A program made the translations under genes and the position numbers. A model generated the notes under the pieces. It searched no databases, was not told the origin of the DNA, and was given only the letters and a program-made list of their open reading frames with translations. 64,000 bases of DNA from Octopus sinensis (taxonomy: Eukaryota). Below, piece by piece: positions 23,859 to 37,673 of the stretch. The stretch lies in the NCBI RefSeq assembly GCF_006345805.1, contig NC_042997.1, forward strand, positions 74,214,001-74,278,000. The letters are read 5' to 3'. Numbering within the stretch: the stretch's first letter is position 1; the number at the start of each line of letters is the position of its first letter.

Positions 23859-24040
23859 ACACCGAGTAAAAAATTTCAGTTATCTCTCTCTTTCACACAT
23901 TACTCTCTCTCTGTCTCTTCACACACACTAACAGGGCTTGATGATTGGGGTGGCATCTTGTGAGGGGTTCCAGGGAAACAAGGTGTGGTTTAGGAACCCG
24001 AGGATGTACCTCATGAAACACGTGTTGCCAAAGAATAAAA

Positions 24041-24280
24041 CAGTAATTTATTTATGTATTTTTTGGTATACAACCTGCCATTAACCCTTTTCTTATAAAA
24101 TAGTTGAAGAATCTGGGGTGTAGGAATTGGGACAGTATTGGAACTTTTAACTTCTTGCTCTCTATCTTATGATCTCCAAAATTTAAGAATCTTGTGTTAA
24201 CTGGGCTCTTATTATTTACTCTGTCTCTGCCACCACCTCAATGCAAAGACTATCAATATCAGAATCATCTTCACAACCAC
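24041..24280. repeat. Dispersed repeat with a near-identical inverted copy at 35563-35826
   Basis: ttcttataaaatagttgaagaatctggggtgtaggaattgggacagtattgg...agaatcatcttcacaaccac is present in reverse complement 11.5 kb away. Both copies abut CAC/CAT-type microsatellite. Confidence 0.85.
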
Positions 24281-26339
24281 TACTGAGACATCCTAACATA
24301 ATCAATGCCACTACTTCTATCATCATCATTATCATCATCATCCACTTCCGCCACCACCACCACCACCACCTCTGCAAAAACACCAACACTATAATTGCTG
24401 CCATCATACACATCCACTGTCACCACTACACCACCACCACCACTGCCATGATAACCACATCTACCACCTCCAACACCATTGCCACCACTATCTATGAGAC
24501 ATCCTAAGTTAGATACTACTTTCACTTTCTAGTTGGTCTTTGAGTCCATTTTATCTAATCTATCTCTCTAAAAGATGCAAACCAAGTAGCATTAAATGGA
24601 GAATGGATGTGAGCAGAAAGAGAGTAAGTTCCATTCCAGTTTACAACAATTATAGAATTATTCTCAAACCATAAATGAAGGGTGGAGAGGAGTGAAGGAG
24701 GAGTCATGTTTCCTCTGAGAGGTTACAGAAGTATTATTACACTGTTGTTAGAATAGCTGTGGAAAATGTAAGTTGAAATCAAATTTGATGCTAAATTCTT
24801 TTATAGTCATGTTCCCAAGTAAATAAACATAATCAATTTGAACAGTCTTAGTAAAATAACTACTTTCTTGAATTATTAATCAGGTGTTTGGATCAACAAA
24901 ATTATGAGATAAAGGTGAGAAGGTCAGTAGAGTGTCTATCTGCTTGTAACTATGTAGACACTTAAAATAATGAGTGAAAGCATGATATACATTACTAAGT
25001 CATACTCGCTTGCAGGCAGTCACTATGATTTTTTTTATCCGCTTATATATATGCAATGAAGCATTGATGTTTCATTGTATATTTGGACATAACAATTAAT
25101 TCTTCGTCGTCAAACTGTCCAACCCATGCCAGCATGAAACATGGATGTTAAATGATGTTGACTACATGATGACACTTCACATTATTGAAACATTGGGAAT
25201 AGGAACTAGATCATCTGATGATGTTAACACATGACAGAGTGGCTTCCTCTCCATGTAGCAAGGAAGATTTTAATTGATATGTTTCTCCTTTTAGCATTTA
25301 AACCGGCCATATCTGGCCCAAATATTCTACCTGTTTTATGTTCAAACCGGTCAGGCCTGGCCTCTAGAAAGTCAATCTAAAAATAAGCAATCAGATCAAT
25401 TAAATCTCAAGGCTACAGGTAATGCATGATTAATTCAAAGCAATGTGAATAAACAATCTGAATGTTAAGGAGTTAAGATGAAACAAGAATTGAACACTGG
25501 TTTTTAACAGTGATATCAGAGATCTTTTAAATTGAATTACATCACTTTTAATATTAAAACAAACTACTGTAACAATGTTAAACAAAATAATTGCATTCTT
25601 ATTTGAACTAAAATCCATCATTCTCAGTATCATAAATAAAGGTGCCAGTCGCACCTCAGTGCTTACATGTTTGTCTTGTCTAATAAATAGAAGATTACTG
25701 AACATAAGACACTTGGGTCACTCAGCCAAGTTTCATCTGAGCAATATATGTGAAAGTTCTGGAAATTTGTGACCTTTTTGTATTTCAAATAATGTGCAAG
25801 TCTGAGAATAATATACATTGTTGGATACAGACATACAACTAAACTTATATATTTTAGATTTTCTCAAAAAGTCTAACAATTGCTGACTAATATAACTAGC
25901 TTCTCTATTACTGCCTGTGTCTCTCCTCTCTTTTTGTTATTCTATCTACAGATAGGTTTGTATGTGTAGTTCTTATATACACACATTCATACATTACCTC
26001 TTTTACTTGTTTCAGTTATTGAACTGTGGCACCACCTTGAAAGGTTTAGTGAAACTAATTGCGCCCACTACATATTTTTAAGTTTGTTATTTATTAGTGT
26101 CGTTTGCTAAACCGTGAAGTTGCAAGGACATAAACAAAACAACACCAATTGTTAATTTGGGATAGGGACAAACACAAAGACATTGTCTATGATGCTACTG
26201 GATCAACTAAAATATGTTACCCCCTACTATATTATTGAATAGTTTTTCTCCTATTTGTTATACTAACTACACCCTCACACACACAAATACATTTTTTGTA
26301 AGGTGGTTGGTGTTAAATCCAGACACAGAAACTTATGTT

Positions 26340-26700
26340 GCAAAGAGAAAGTATGAACAAAATGTAGTCCTGCAACTCAGTTGGGAGTGGAGGTGGAGGT
26401 ACTGGCTCAGTTCTGCCCAACTGATCTGGCAGTGTTTCTACAGCTGGATGCCAACCACTCCGTGAGTGTAGTGGGTACTTTTTACGTGCCACTGGCACAG
26501 GTGCCAGGCGAGGCTGGCAATGGCCACGATTGGATTGGTGGTTTTTACATGCCACCAGCATGGAAGCAAGTGAAGGCGGCACTGGCATTGGCCACATCTG
26601 GACGGTGCTTTTGACATGCCACCGGCACAGGGATCACAACTACAATTTCCATTGATTTTTGATGTTGATGTACTTGACTCAATAGGTTTCCTCAAGCACA
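26340..26700 (-). mobile_element. RTE 3' UTR-derived repeat fragment
   Basis: Matches the RTE 3' UTR motifs in reverse (ctgatctggcagtgtttctacagctggatgcc...ttttacgtgccac). Confidence 0.7.
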
Positions 26701-27046
26701 GGGTCGAATATATATTTTTAAATATTTTTTTGCAAACAACATGCAGATGCAAGTGTTACCTGTTGAAAGCTCTGCATACCAGATGCTAGCAAGTTTATGG
26801 GGCCATTAGGAGAGAATGCCTGCCATTTCGGGACCTATCTCTTGACAGCATCATTGGGCACCCCTCACTGAAATGAGACCCTGCTTGCTAGATCAACTGG
26901 TCATCAGGTTTCACTCAATATTCTTCTAGCCATTGCTCATTGTTGCTTTCTAACCAAATCCAGTGGTTTGCCTTTTCCAGTGTAGTTTGGATATTACTCC
27001 TAGTGGTATTTGCTTTACGATGAATTAAGTCAATGATGGCAATAGT

Positions 27047-27202
27047 CACTTCACACTGTGTCCAACAAACCCTCTACATCCAACTTTGATTGAAAAATGC
27101 TCTGCTTTCCAGCCTGTGTCTTCACATTCCTCTAGGAGGTTTTCATAACAGCCAATCTTTTGAGATCGAGCGGCATCCATGTTATCTTCATGAGGAACTC
27201 AA
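27047..27202 (-). mobile_element. R2-Hero-like restriction-like endonuclease remnant
   Basis: Minus frame VPHEDNMDAARSQKIGCYENLLEECEDTGWKAEHFSIKVGCRGFVGHSVK resembles the Hero RLE C-terminus (VPWEE...KY..L...C...GW...PIEVGCRGF). Confidence 0.6.
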
Positions 27203-27276
27203 CTAGATTTACCATTTTCTTTCTTTTACGCCATATTATCATATATATATATACACACACACACATGTATATATAC

Positions 27277-27314
<38 letters not shown>

Positions 27315-27505
27315 CATGATCATCATCATCACTTTTTGGTCCTGGCATCTGTTTGGCAAGACTGAGTTAGTTCATATTGACATTTACTTCCCCACTCTAC
27401 CTACCCCAACTATATTTTGGAGTTGACTACTTCAAGTTTCTTATTTCTTTGCATCCATCAATTAATGATAATATAGTATATCTTGTATATAATATAACAT
27501 ATACA

Positions 27506-29024
27506 TATATCAAAACAGGAGATAAGAAAAAATTTTTGGTATTATTTATTCACCATTACACATGTTTCATTTACTAATAGGGGTTACAAAATTGTATTTA
27601 ACAGAGAAACATGTAAAATATATTCTGTTAGAAAGTCTTCAGACAGAAAATCAGAGTAAAAAGTAAGCAACGTTTTGAAACATGAAATTCATCACAATAT
27701 ATTTCAGCAATGTGGAAATTTTATTCATCAAAGTAGGTACCATTACAATCAACACATTTGTGCCAATGAGTTACAAGTTTGTTTATTCTGGTAACATAAA
27801 AATCTGGAGTTCTGAAGCTGATGAACTCTTTGAACACAGTTTCAGCAACAGTTTGATTTTTGAACTCCTTCTCTTTCAGGAAACCATCAAGGTCCTTGAA
27901 AAAGTAGTAGTCGGTAGGAGAAAGGTCTGGGGAATAAGCTGGGTGGGGAAGAAATTCATAGCCAAGTTCCTTCAATTTTTGGAGCATCATTAGTGAAATT
28001 TATGGTCGAGCATTGTTATGAAGAATGATTGGCCCTCTTCTGTTGACCAGTCTGGGACAGAGGAGTAGCAGTTTTTCTTTCATTTTGGCAATTTCATGAC
28101 AATATGTTTCTGCAGTAATGTTTTTTCCAGATTTTAAAAAGTTATAATGGATGATTCCAAAAGTACACCACCAAGCAGTCACCATAACCTTTTTGAAGAG
28201 CTTGGGTTTAGGGAAGGTTTTCAGTGCTTCATTTTGCTCCAACCACTGCAAAGAACGTTTTTTATTGTACAGAATCCACTTTTCATTGCAAGTTACAATA
28301 TGGTCAAGAAATGGATTGGTCTGGTTGCGGAGAAGAAGCAATAAGCATTTTCTGATTTTCATTCAAATTTGTCGAGCTTTTTTGATTTTCTGATTGCATG
28401 AAAATGGTTGCAGGCAGTTTTCTGACTAACTTGAAGTTCTTTTGCCAGTTCTCAAGTGGTTTTATATGGATCTTTCTCAATGACAGTCTCTACTTGACTG
28501 TCATCGATGACAGATGGGCGTCCATAATGCTCACAATCTGCAAAATCATTTAAACCATTTTCAAGCTGACCTCTCACTGGTCATTTCCCCACCAAATGTT
28601 TCATTGATAGCATGAACAGTTTTAGCTGCTTTACATCCTTTTTTGAAGTTGAATTGCAAAACTGCTCAAATATCGCACTTTCACAGTTCCCTTTCAGATG
28701 ATTGTAAGAATGGGGAAAAAAAATATAATGTTAATTTATTGATGCATTTGGGTAAGTTTATATCTGTATTATCAGACAACTGCAAAAAAATGTTTAACAA
28801 AAATTCAAAACCCTGCAAAAATCTGGTACAAATTCTTCATGGTTCAAAACGTTGCTTATTTTTATTCAATCTGATGATTGATTCGCTGTCTGAGGAGTTT
28901 TTATAAAGATATTTTATCATTTTCTCTTACATGTATAATATTCTAACTCGTACTAGCAAATGAAACATGTGCAATGGTGAATAAATAATACTAAAAATAT
29001 TTTCCACTCTACTGTTTTGATGCG
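27506..29024 (-). mobile_element. Near full-length degenerate mariner element with TIRs
   Basis: Inverted ends atcaaaacag...tattatttattcaccatt(a/g)cacatgtttc at both sides. ORF fragments FLDHIVTCNEKWILY, IILHNNARP and HPAYSPDLSPTDYYFF. Confidence 0.88.
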
Positions 29025-29724
29025 TAATTACTCTGCAAATATTATTTTCCAATATTTTTCTACTCTTATACATACCTCACACAATTATAACATCTACATA
29101 CAATATTGGCATACTGGAATATACAGGTGTGCTTCACGAGGACACGGCTTCGATTACAACCCTATCTACATACTATATATGTGTTTATATATATATATAT
29201 ATATGTATGCACGCATACATATGTACAGAAAGACTGATAGAAGGCGCAGGCACGTAGTTTCCTTCTTAATCATATGGTTTTGAGTTCAGTCCCAGTGCAT
29301 GGCAACTTCGCCAAGTATCAATTATGATAGCCAAGATTGACCAAATCCTTGTGAGTGAATTTGATAGATGGAACCTGTAAGAAATCTATCTATATAAATA
29401 TGTGTGTATATCTGTTTTATGTTTGTGCTCTATAAAAGTTGCAAGCTACAAGGTTTGCTGTTGTCATTTCTCTGGTTGACAAATTGTCTGCTTACTCAAG
29501 CCTTTCAAGACATGCGTAATTAAGAGATTCCTTATTTAAAACACAGTCAAGTGTTAATGACAGGAAAGGCAATCTGGTTGTGAAAGAATACTTCAATCAT
29601 TTTTTCATTTAAAACATACTTGACTCGAAAAACATGTAAATCAAACAGACATATTCAAATACATACATGTATTTGATGATATTATATGTTATATACCTAT
29701 GATATATGTATATATGATTGAAAT

Positions 29725-29760
<36 letters not shown>

Positions 29761-30699
29761 ATGTATGTATGTATAATTATTTTCTTGTTAATTAATGATT
29801 CCTATCAATATAAGTATTCCCTCACTACATGTCTATGTCTACTATTACATGTCTTAAAAAAGAAACAAAAATCTCATTGTTTTGGGCGAATGATTCAACC
29901 ATTATGAAACCAAAGATTTTTTACTGTTGTTTCTGAAGGCAGCTGTGCGCCCACCAACCCACCCATCCCACTTTACATGACACATCACTTGCATTCTTTT
30001 ATTTATTCTGATCTCCCACCCAAAGAATATTCATCCTAATAATTTCCATGACTTTTGTTTCGGGTGAACTTCTACTTAGAAGGAAATTCCATTTATGCAT
30101 GTATGCATACATTTACACCGAGAAAAGTCATTTAACATTGTCTTTACATTTGGTTGTTTATCATTAAAAAATGTTTTGAAACCTAGAATTGTTTCTTCTT
30201 TTATTAATTTCAGTCAGTGTGCTATGACCATGCTCAGGCACTGTCTTTGGGTATCTTTCATTGATCCTATCAATATTAGAGATAATTTCAAACATAGGGC
30301 AGCGTCCCATTTTAACGATGCCTGTTCATTGAAAGTAACCTTTGATAGCCTAGTATACTAGAGCAGTAAACATGTAAATGAACACACACACATACACACA
30401 AACACATCTTGCGGGCTTCTTCATAGAATCATTCTCCCAATTTGACTCACATGACATTGATCAACTAAGACTACAGTAAAGACAATCCAGAAACCCATGT
30501 GGTGTGAAGCAAATCTTTCAACCACAAATCTATCCTTTGAATGTAATGCCATCATGACAATTATTCCATGAAGAAAGTTAAGCTGGAGCAGCACCAGAAA
30601 TTAAGGCATCCATCATCTGTTGGTAAAGGTCAGGAATATTTTGAGAATAAAAAGAAAATACAGCTAATCAAACTACCTGACTTTGTAAAGAAGATAATA

Positions 30700-31620
30700 T
30701 TGAAAAAGTAAAGATACTCAAACCAAGTTTTGGTTTCTGAAATATTGCCAAGGTTGCAGCACCTCAGATTTAGGTGAGAATCTTGTCAAGCCTGCTATGA
30801 TAACTTGTGCAAATGAGGTTCTGGGAAAAGATGCTGAACCTACTCTGAGTACAATTCCACTTTCAAATAACACAATTACAAGAAGACAGGATGAAATGTC
30901 TAATTTTGTTGAGGAGAAAGAAGACTGTGGAAATTCTCCGAACGACCAATTTTTCTATCCAGGTTGATGATAGCACAATTCATAACCAAGTTATCCTTCT
31001 GGTCTATGTCAGATTCAACCATGAAGATGATATAAGGGAAGAAATGTTATTCATTAAAAGTTTTTTTTTTAAACAACTAATGGAGAAAATATATTCAATG
31101 AAGTAATGCAGTATTTTAATGATAAAAATATTCCATCGACTAATTTGATCAACACTGCATCAGATGGAGCTGCAGCCATGACTGGAAAAGTGAAAGGCTT
31201 TGTTTCTAGAATGAAATCAGTTGCTCCTCACATTTTAAATATACGTTGCATTATCCACAGACAGCATGTGGTTGCTAAGAATATTGGAGGACACATGGAA
31301 AATGCACTCAACACTTCCATACATACAAATAACATTGTCAAATCAAACTCTGTGAATAATAGATTTTTTATGCAATTCTGTGAAGATGAAGATTTTAAAA
31401 CCCTATTGCTTCACACAGAAGTAAGATGGGTCAAAAGGCATGAGCCTTGAAAGACTAGTGAATTTGTGGAAGTCATTAATCCACATTACAACTTCAAGAC
31501 AAACTGATACAGCTAAGAAAATTTTGGAAAGACTTTCTGAGTTTAAAAAAAATATTATACTTGAGTGATATTTTTAAAACAGTGAATCTGCTTAACTGCA
31601 AGGTAGAAAATCAGATTTGG
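30700..31620 (+). mobile_element. hAT (Buster/Charlie-like) transposase remnant
   Basis: GENLVKPAMITCANEVLG...IPLSNNTITRRQDEMS, FSIQVDDST, LLVYVRF, SDGAAAMTG, CIIHRQH, LLLHTEVRW. Frameshifted. Confidence 0.85.
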
Positions 31621-31938
31621 TCACCTGTATACTGCTAGTATACATATATACTAGCAGTAAAACCCATTGTTGATCAGGTAATTACTTTGACTGTTTATCG
31701 AGAGCCACATTTAAAGTATTATATGTATAATTTACTTCTCCTGTGTGTGTGTATTTTTATAAGAGAAAACCATGTAATAATTGAAGTAGAAGAAAGATTA
31801 ATATCATACATGAACTTGTGTTTGTTTATGATAGCTAAGGCGGTGATAGACAGCTAATGCGTGCATGAATGCGATGCGATCTCTGCCCAGTATCCCGAAG
31901 TGAAGAATGCATTAAGTAAATAAAAAGCAAGCGATTAT

Positions 31939-32108
31939 TAGAGAGCAATAGCTGCCTTAGCCGCGTGCATAAACGCGATGCGTCCATGTGTTACGTACGC
32001 TACCGGACACACACTCACGGGCGATATCGCCACCGAGATAACAGCTTTTCGATCAATCGCATCGCTGGCCGCCAACTCTTTGCTCGCTCCAAATGCTATT
32101 GCTCTCTA
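31939..32108. mobile_element. Small CpG-rich MITE-like element
   Basis: Perfect 14-bp inverted ends TAGAGAGCAATAGC / GCTATTGCTCTCTA; the outer TA could be a TSD. Confidence 0.5.
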
Positions 32109-32166
32109 CTACAAATCCCTTGTCTGCACCCAACTTTATTACTAATACAATTATCGTTGTTGTTGT

Positions 32167-34425
32167 CATTGTCATCATCATCATCATCGATTAACGTCCG
32201 TTCTCCATGATGGCATGGGTTGGACAGTTTGACTGAAGTCTTGGAGAGCCAGCTGCTGCAACAGGCTCCAATCTAGTCTAGCATAATTTCTACATCTAAA
32301 TGCCCTTCCTAACGCCAACTATTCTGAGAGTGTAGTGGGTGTTCTTTATGTCTCATCAGCACAGGAGCCAGCTAGCGGGTCACCGGCCCCCAGCTACGGT
32401 ATTGGTTTTACTTGACTCAAGCATACTGCAAGCTTACGTATGTCCTCGGCATTCATGGCCCATGTTTCACTACTGTATAGCATGGCAGTTCACACACATG
32501 CATTATACAGTCCACCTTTCCCCCTGAGTGAGAGGCCATTAGCTGCCAGCAGAAGTAGGAGCTCCCTGAATTTGCTCAGGCTATTATTACTCTAGTTGCT
32601 ACAGTCGCAGAGCAATCACTCCCACTACATACTTGGTCGCCTAAGTAGTAGAAAGTATTTATTACTTCTAGTTTCTTCCTCAGGCATGTAATGGAAGCTG
32701 TTTTCTGAACACCTTCAGTGTTTATTGCCCCACTGCATCTGCCACACACAAGAAATAATTTTCCCAGTTAACCTTCCTTTGATATTGCTGCACCTTTTAT
32801 GTGTCCATAGCTTACACCGGGTGCATCGTATGGAGTTTCTACCAATGCCTTTTCTACAGAGGAGTTTGTGATTTGACAGCCTGCACACTAACTAAAACTT
32901 TGGTTTTGGCTAGGTTAGCCCTAAGGCCATTCAATTCTAGACTTTGCTTCCACGCCCTAACCTTTGGCTCCAGTTCCGGCAGTGACTCTGCTATTAGTGC
33001 AAGGTCATCAGCATAGAGGAGCAGCCTCTCTTGAATTCCTGTTATTGCCTGGAGGACTATAATGAATAAGAGGGGGCTGAGGACTGATCTTAGGTTGACC
33101 CTTACCCCTACCCGATATTCTTCACTGTACTCGTTGCCAACCCTCACCTTACTGTACATGGCTTGTACAGCTCTCAATAAACATTCATCCATCCCTAGTC
33201 TCCTCATTGACCACCAGATAGGGGATCGGGGGACCCTGTCAATGAAAGCCAGGTACAGAGTTTTATCTTGGACTAGCTATTTCTCCTGCATCTGTCTTAT
33301 CAGAAATATAGCATCAGTGGTGCTTTCCCCTGGCACGAACCGAAACTGCATCTCATCTAGACTGCCTCTATCCCTAATTACTTGGGCTATGACCCTCTCC
33401 GTGACCTTCATTACCTGATCCAACAACTTGATACCTCTGTAATTATTTGTATCTAATGCGTCACCTTTACCTTTGTTAGCAGTTGACTATGGTGCTGCTA
33501 CACCAGTCATTGGGTATGACTCCTTCATGTATCACCTAGTTGACTATGCTATAGCCGACACCGCTAGATAGTTTGAGCATCTCTGTGGTGATTCCTGATT
33601 GCCCAGGGGCTTTCCCTGTCTTCATACCCTTAATTGCTTTACCTACCAAGGCACTGTCAATTTAGTTAGATAGCTGGTCCCTCTGTTGGGCCGGCATTCG
33701 GCAGACTCTCTTTCACACATTCATTCACTTTATTTAGCAAACTTTCATAATGGCGTCTCCAAACCTGTCTCTTTGCAGCTTCGTTTAAAGCAAGTGAACC
33801 ATCACCCATGAGGACACATTTCTCTCCTAGGACATCACGATTCTCTCTCACACACTGTCTGGCAACAGGAAAATACTTCAAGTCATTGGTCATCACAGCG
33901 CAGAACATTGGCAAATTTTTCCTTATCTGCTTCCCCTCTGGCCAAATAAACCTATCTCCTAGCTTCCCTTTTGGCAGTCTGATACAATTCCCTGCTATCA
34001 CCGGTCTTCCAGTCCTTCAAAGCCTGTTTCTTTCCCTTACTAGCCCTGTCAACAACATTGTTCCACCACCACATTACCTTGGGTTGAGAGGAGACTTTGC
34101 ACCATCCACAGATCTGGTCACTAGCCCTCAAAAGGTTGTCCTCCAGTTGTCTTCCACAGCTTTGAGTAATATGTCTCTCAATCTCTTTTTGCAGGATCCT
34201 TAAGCTTCCAGACCCTTCTCCTCCATTCTGGTCGTCTTCTGGGCATCCATTTAGCCCTGATCCTGAAGTTGCTAACTACTAATCTATGTTATGGGGTACA
34301 TTCTTCACCTGGGAAGGTTTGGGCATTTACAAGTAGTTGTCTTTCCTGTTTCCTAGTGAAGATGTAATCAATTTGACTAGTGTGTCTACCAGATTGGTAG
34401 GTTACTAAATGGCCCTGAATATGCT
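32167..34425 (-). mobile_element. Degenerate RTE-clade LINE
   Basis: (CAT)n tail at ~32170. Minus-strand fragments VRENRDVLGEKCV, VLSPLLFIIVLQAI, LLYADD and TKVLV, with deletions and frameshifts. Confidence 0.88.
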
Positions 34426-37400
34426 AATCGATTAGCATTTAGTAATTATGATACTTCTACAATTGAAAATAATTTTAATAAATAAGGAATTTATGTATTG
34501 TGGCATTTGATACTTGTCAATTGTCTACATTGTTCACATAAATGCCAGTACCAGGCAGAGGTGGTTTCCAGCAGTAAGAGAACCTTAAGAATAAATAAAT
34601 GGAAATTTGTCGGCAGAACAAAGTTAGCAACCTCTTACACTCTCAGTGTTGTGATGAGAGCCAAGGTACCCTCTTGTGAGGAATGGACTGAACCGAGAGA
34701 GTGTATATAGTTTGTGTTATTTCATAGTGAAGTTCGAGAGTGTGGGTTGGTTTGTTCATTTGGAATATTTGTTTATTCTTAAGAGATAGTTATGTTGTTA
34801 TTGCTGCTGCATTATCTTATTTTATCACACTGGTACCACATATTTCAGGCCATAATTGCAATAGTGGTGTAATTGGATACAAACCATGTTACAGCATTTG
34901 GCGGCAAAAGGCTCGAAGATCACGTAGCATGTAATTCACCTGCAAACTAAGCATTAAATTCTTTCTTACCAGATTGTCATCCTTCTGAAATTCCCTTGTC
35001 CATGTTATTTCCTCTGCAGCCATCCACACATTTTATTCAAGATCAACTACGTCAATCTTACCAGTTTTGAAGGCACAGCTCTTGTCTCAGAAGGAATGCA
35101 AAAGGCAAGGATACAGCCCACTTTATCCAGCCAAATTGTTCAAATAAAACATGGGAAAAAAAATCCTAACACCCACTACTATTCCTGTGAATTAGTAAGC
35201 TGTAAACTATATCAAACTGAGCCCACATCATCATCTTTAACATGTCTCACAGCTAGAACCCTTTTACTAAATATTTTAGCCAATCATTTATCTCCAGAAT
35301 GGCAGCTTCTACATGGAATCACATTCTCATCAGACATTAATTTACACAAGTTGAAAAAAGACATCATCTACATTCACATTAACAGTTTAGGAAAGCCTAC
35401 AGATGTTCTCTTGCTCGCACTTTATATTAATACAAATAAGAATTTTTAACAAAGGTACATAGCCAAAAATTTTATAGGAGGAAATAATGTCAACTATATT
35501 GACCCACCCCTGGTCTTGGGGTTGTGGTGGTGGCATTGGAGGTTGTAGTAATGGTTGTAGTGGTGGTTGTGAAGATGATTCTGATATTGATAGTCTTTGC
35601 ATTGAGGTGGTGGCAGAGTCAGAGTAAATAATAAGAGCCCAGTTAACGCAAGATTCTTAAATTTCGGAGATCATAAGATAGAGAGCAAGAAGTTAAAAGT
35701 TCCAATACTGTCCCAATTCCTACACCCCAGATTCTTCAACTATTTTATAAGAAAGGGGTTAATGGCAGGATAGGGATTCAGCTTAAAAATAAATTGTATA
35801 ACAAAAAATACATAAATAAATTACTGCTCCAACGATGTAATTTTAGTATGTGTGTATGTATGTATGTGTGTGTGTGTGTATGTATGTATGTATGGATCAA
35901 AACAGTTTGATTCAAATTCTGTGGTACTTATATATTCATACATACATATACATGTAGATGTATATAACATATATATATTGTATGTAAACATCTTTTATAA
36001 ATATATATAATTCATGCATCTATAATACACACACATTATAAATATATACACATATATGCATATGCATTAGAATATGTGTGTATAGGTGTATATATATATA
36101 TATATGCATATGTTTGTATACATGTGTGTGTGTGTGTATAAAAATAAATATAAGCACTCAGGATCTACACAAATTTTATATATACTCCACGAAGTTCAAA
36201 AGGTAAAAATCCGGTATTTTAAATTTTTGTTGCATTTCTAATCTTTCTGATGTCTAAGGATGGATATTTATGCGTATGAATCTTTTTCTTTTTATTTTGT
36301 TTCAAATATAATTCTAGGGAACTGAAAAACTGTGTACGATTACGATGAGCCAAGCCAATGTTTACATTTTGACAAATTGCTTTCCACGTCACAGATAACA
36401 CTACGCAGATAATAAGTTCACATAAATACAGACAATACGATTGGCTAAAATTTGCAGTTTTAATCTACGATTAAAGTCATAAAATAGATTTTTCTCAAAT
36501 AAACTAGTTCCAACTTGTGTCTTGTTTTGAGACACTCTACGAGTACACGAAGTTTCAAATTATTTAGTTAACTAGAAAGATCTGCGGTCCTGGCCACGAT
36601 ATTGAAAAGATCCGGTGCAGCTACTGCACCCCCTGTTCCCGGGCCCTTGATCATAATGCATTTCAATAAGTATTTCTAAAATAATATTTTCTAACTTTGG
36701 AAGATAATGGATGAGACAAAGACATGTTGAGAGATAAGCTAAATAAAAGGTCTAGTTTGTCAGATAAGATTTGGACTCAGAATTGTATGACTAAAAAAAG
36801 TGAGCAAGTCAAATTCCTTTAGAAAAATAACTGAATAAAAAAAATTGTACATTTATTAATTTTAGGCTTGTATATTCTAGGAAATTAACTATTTTTCTTA
36901 AATGCACTTCCTAATATCTGCGACAAAGAACAGTTATGTCTTTGGTGAATTGTTTGTTCAAAGGAAAGGTGTTATTTGTTAAAGAGTAAAATATACTGCC
37001 AATGTACAAAGTGAACTTATTGCTTCAGATAAATATCTACCAATAACAAATTTCAGACAGTAACACTTTTCCACTACTCAGTAGCTGCAGCAGTTCATTT
37101 ACTACTCTCCATTATTATTGGCATGTTAGTAGCAAAAGTCAAATAGGCTTTGAGTTTTAACCAATTCAATTGATTGTTGAACTTTGAAATCTTAATCCAT
37201 TTATCACTGTTCCAAAGCATTCATTTTTATATTTGCTATAATCTAAACATAAATTTTGTATGTAATTAAGAAATTTTCTTTATTTGGCTGCCAAATGAAC
37301 TTTCTTTCAAATGTAAGGGAGATACATATTTTTTTGAAGTGGTAGGATACTATTTCCTATAAAGGACATGGTGCAATTGTTGAAGCAGAGTTTTAGCATA

Positions 37401-37484
37401 TTAGCCAGAACTCTAGTGCAATCTTATTCTCTACTCTCAGCCTTTACTTTCCTAAAAAAAAAAAAAATTAGGAGAAAATTTTAC

Positions 37485-37673
37485 CTTAAGACCAAGATCC
37501 AGTTCTTTGAGTGTACGTTTTATTTCTGATATCAGCAAATTCATCCGTTCACATTCCTGGAAAGCCACAACAACATAAGGGGTTCTCTCTTCAGCTGGAA
37601 CCTTCCCCATTAACTCTGCCATTATAAATTCATCTGGAAGTTTCTCAGTCATCTCATCAAGAATAGTTTTCAC
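37485..37673 (-). CDS. Axonemal outer-arm dynein heavy chain (DNAH9/17/11-like), exon D (63 codons)
   Basis: AG|GTG...AAG|GT, phase 0; [16 protein letters not shown]...[17 protein letters not shown]...KELDLGLK. Confidence 0.95.

Noticed and set aside
24216-24525. His/Thr/Trp-rich ORFs
   Set aside because: CAC/CAT microsatellite translation.
34905-34945. Possible next dynein exon (minus strand ...ttgcag-GTGAATTA, resembling GEL)
   Set aside because: The phase is wrong for a phase-0 junction, the frame reads GELHAT then stop, and there is no further similarity.
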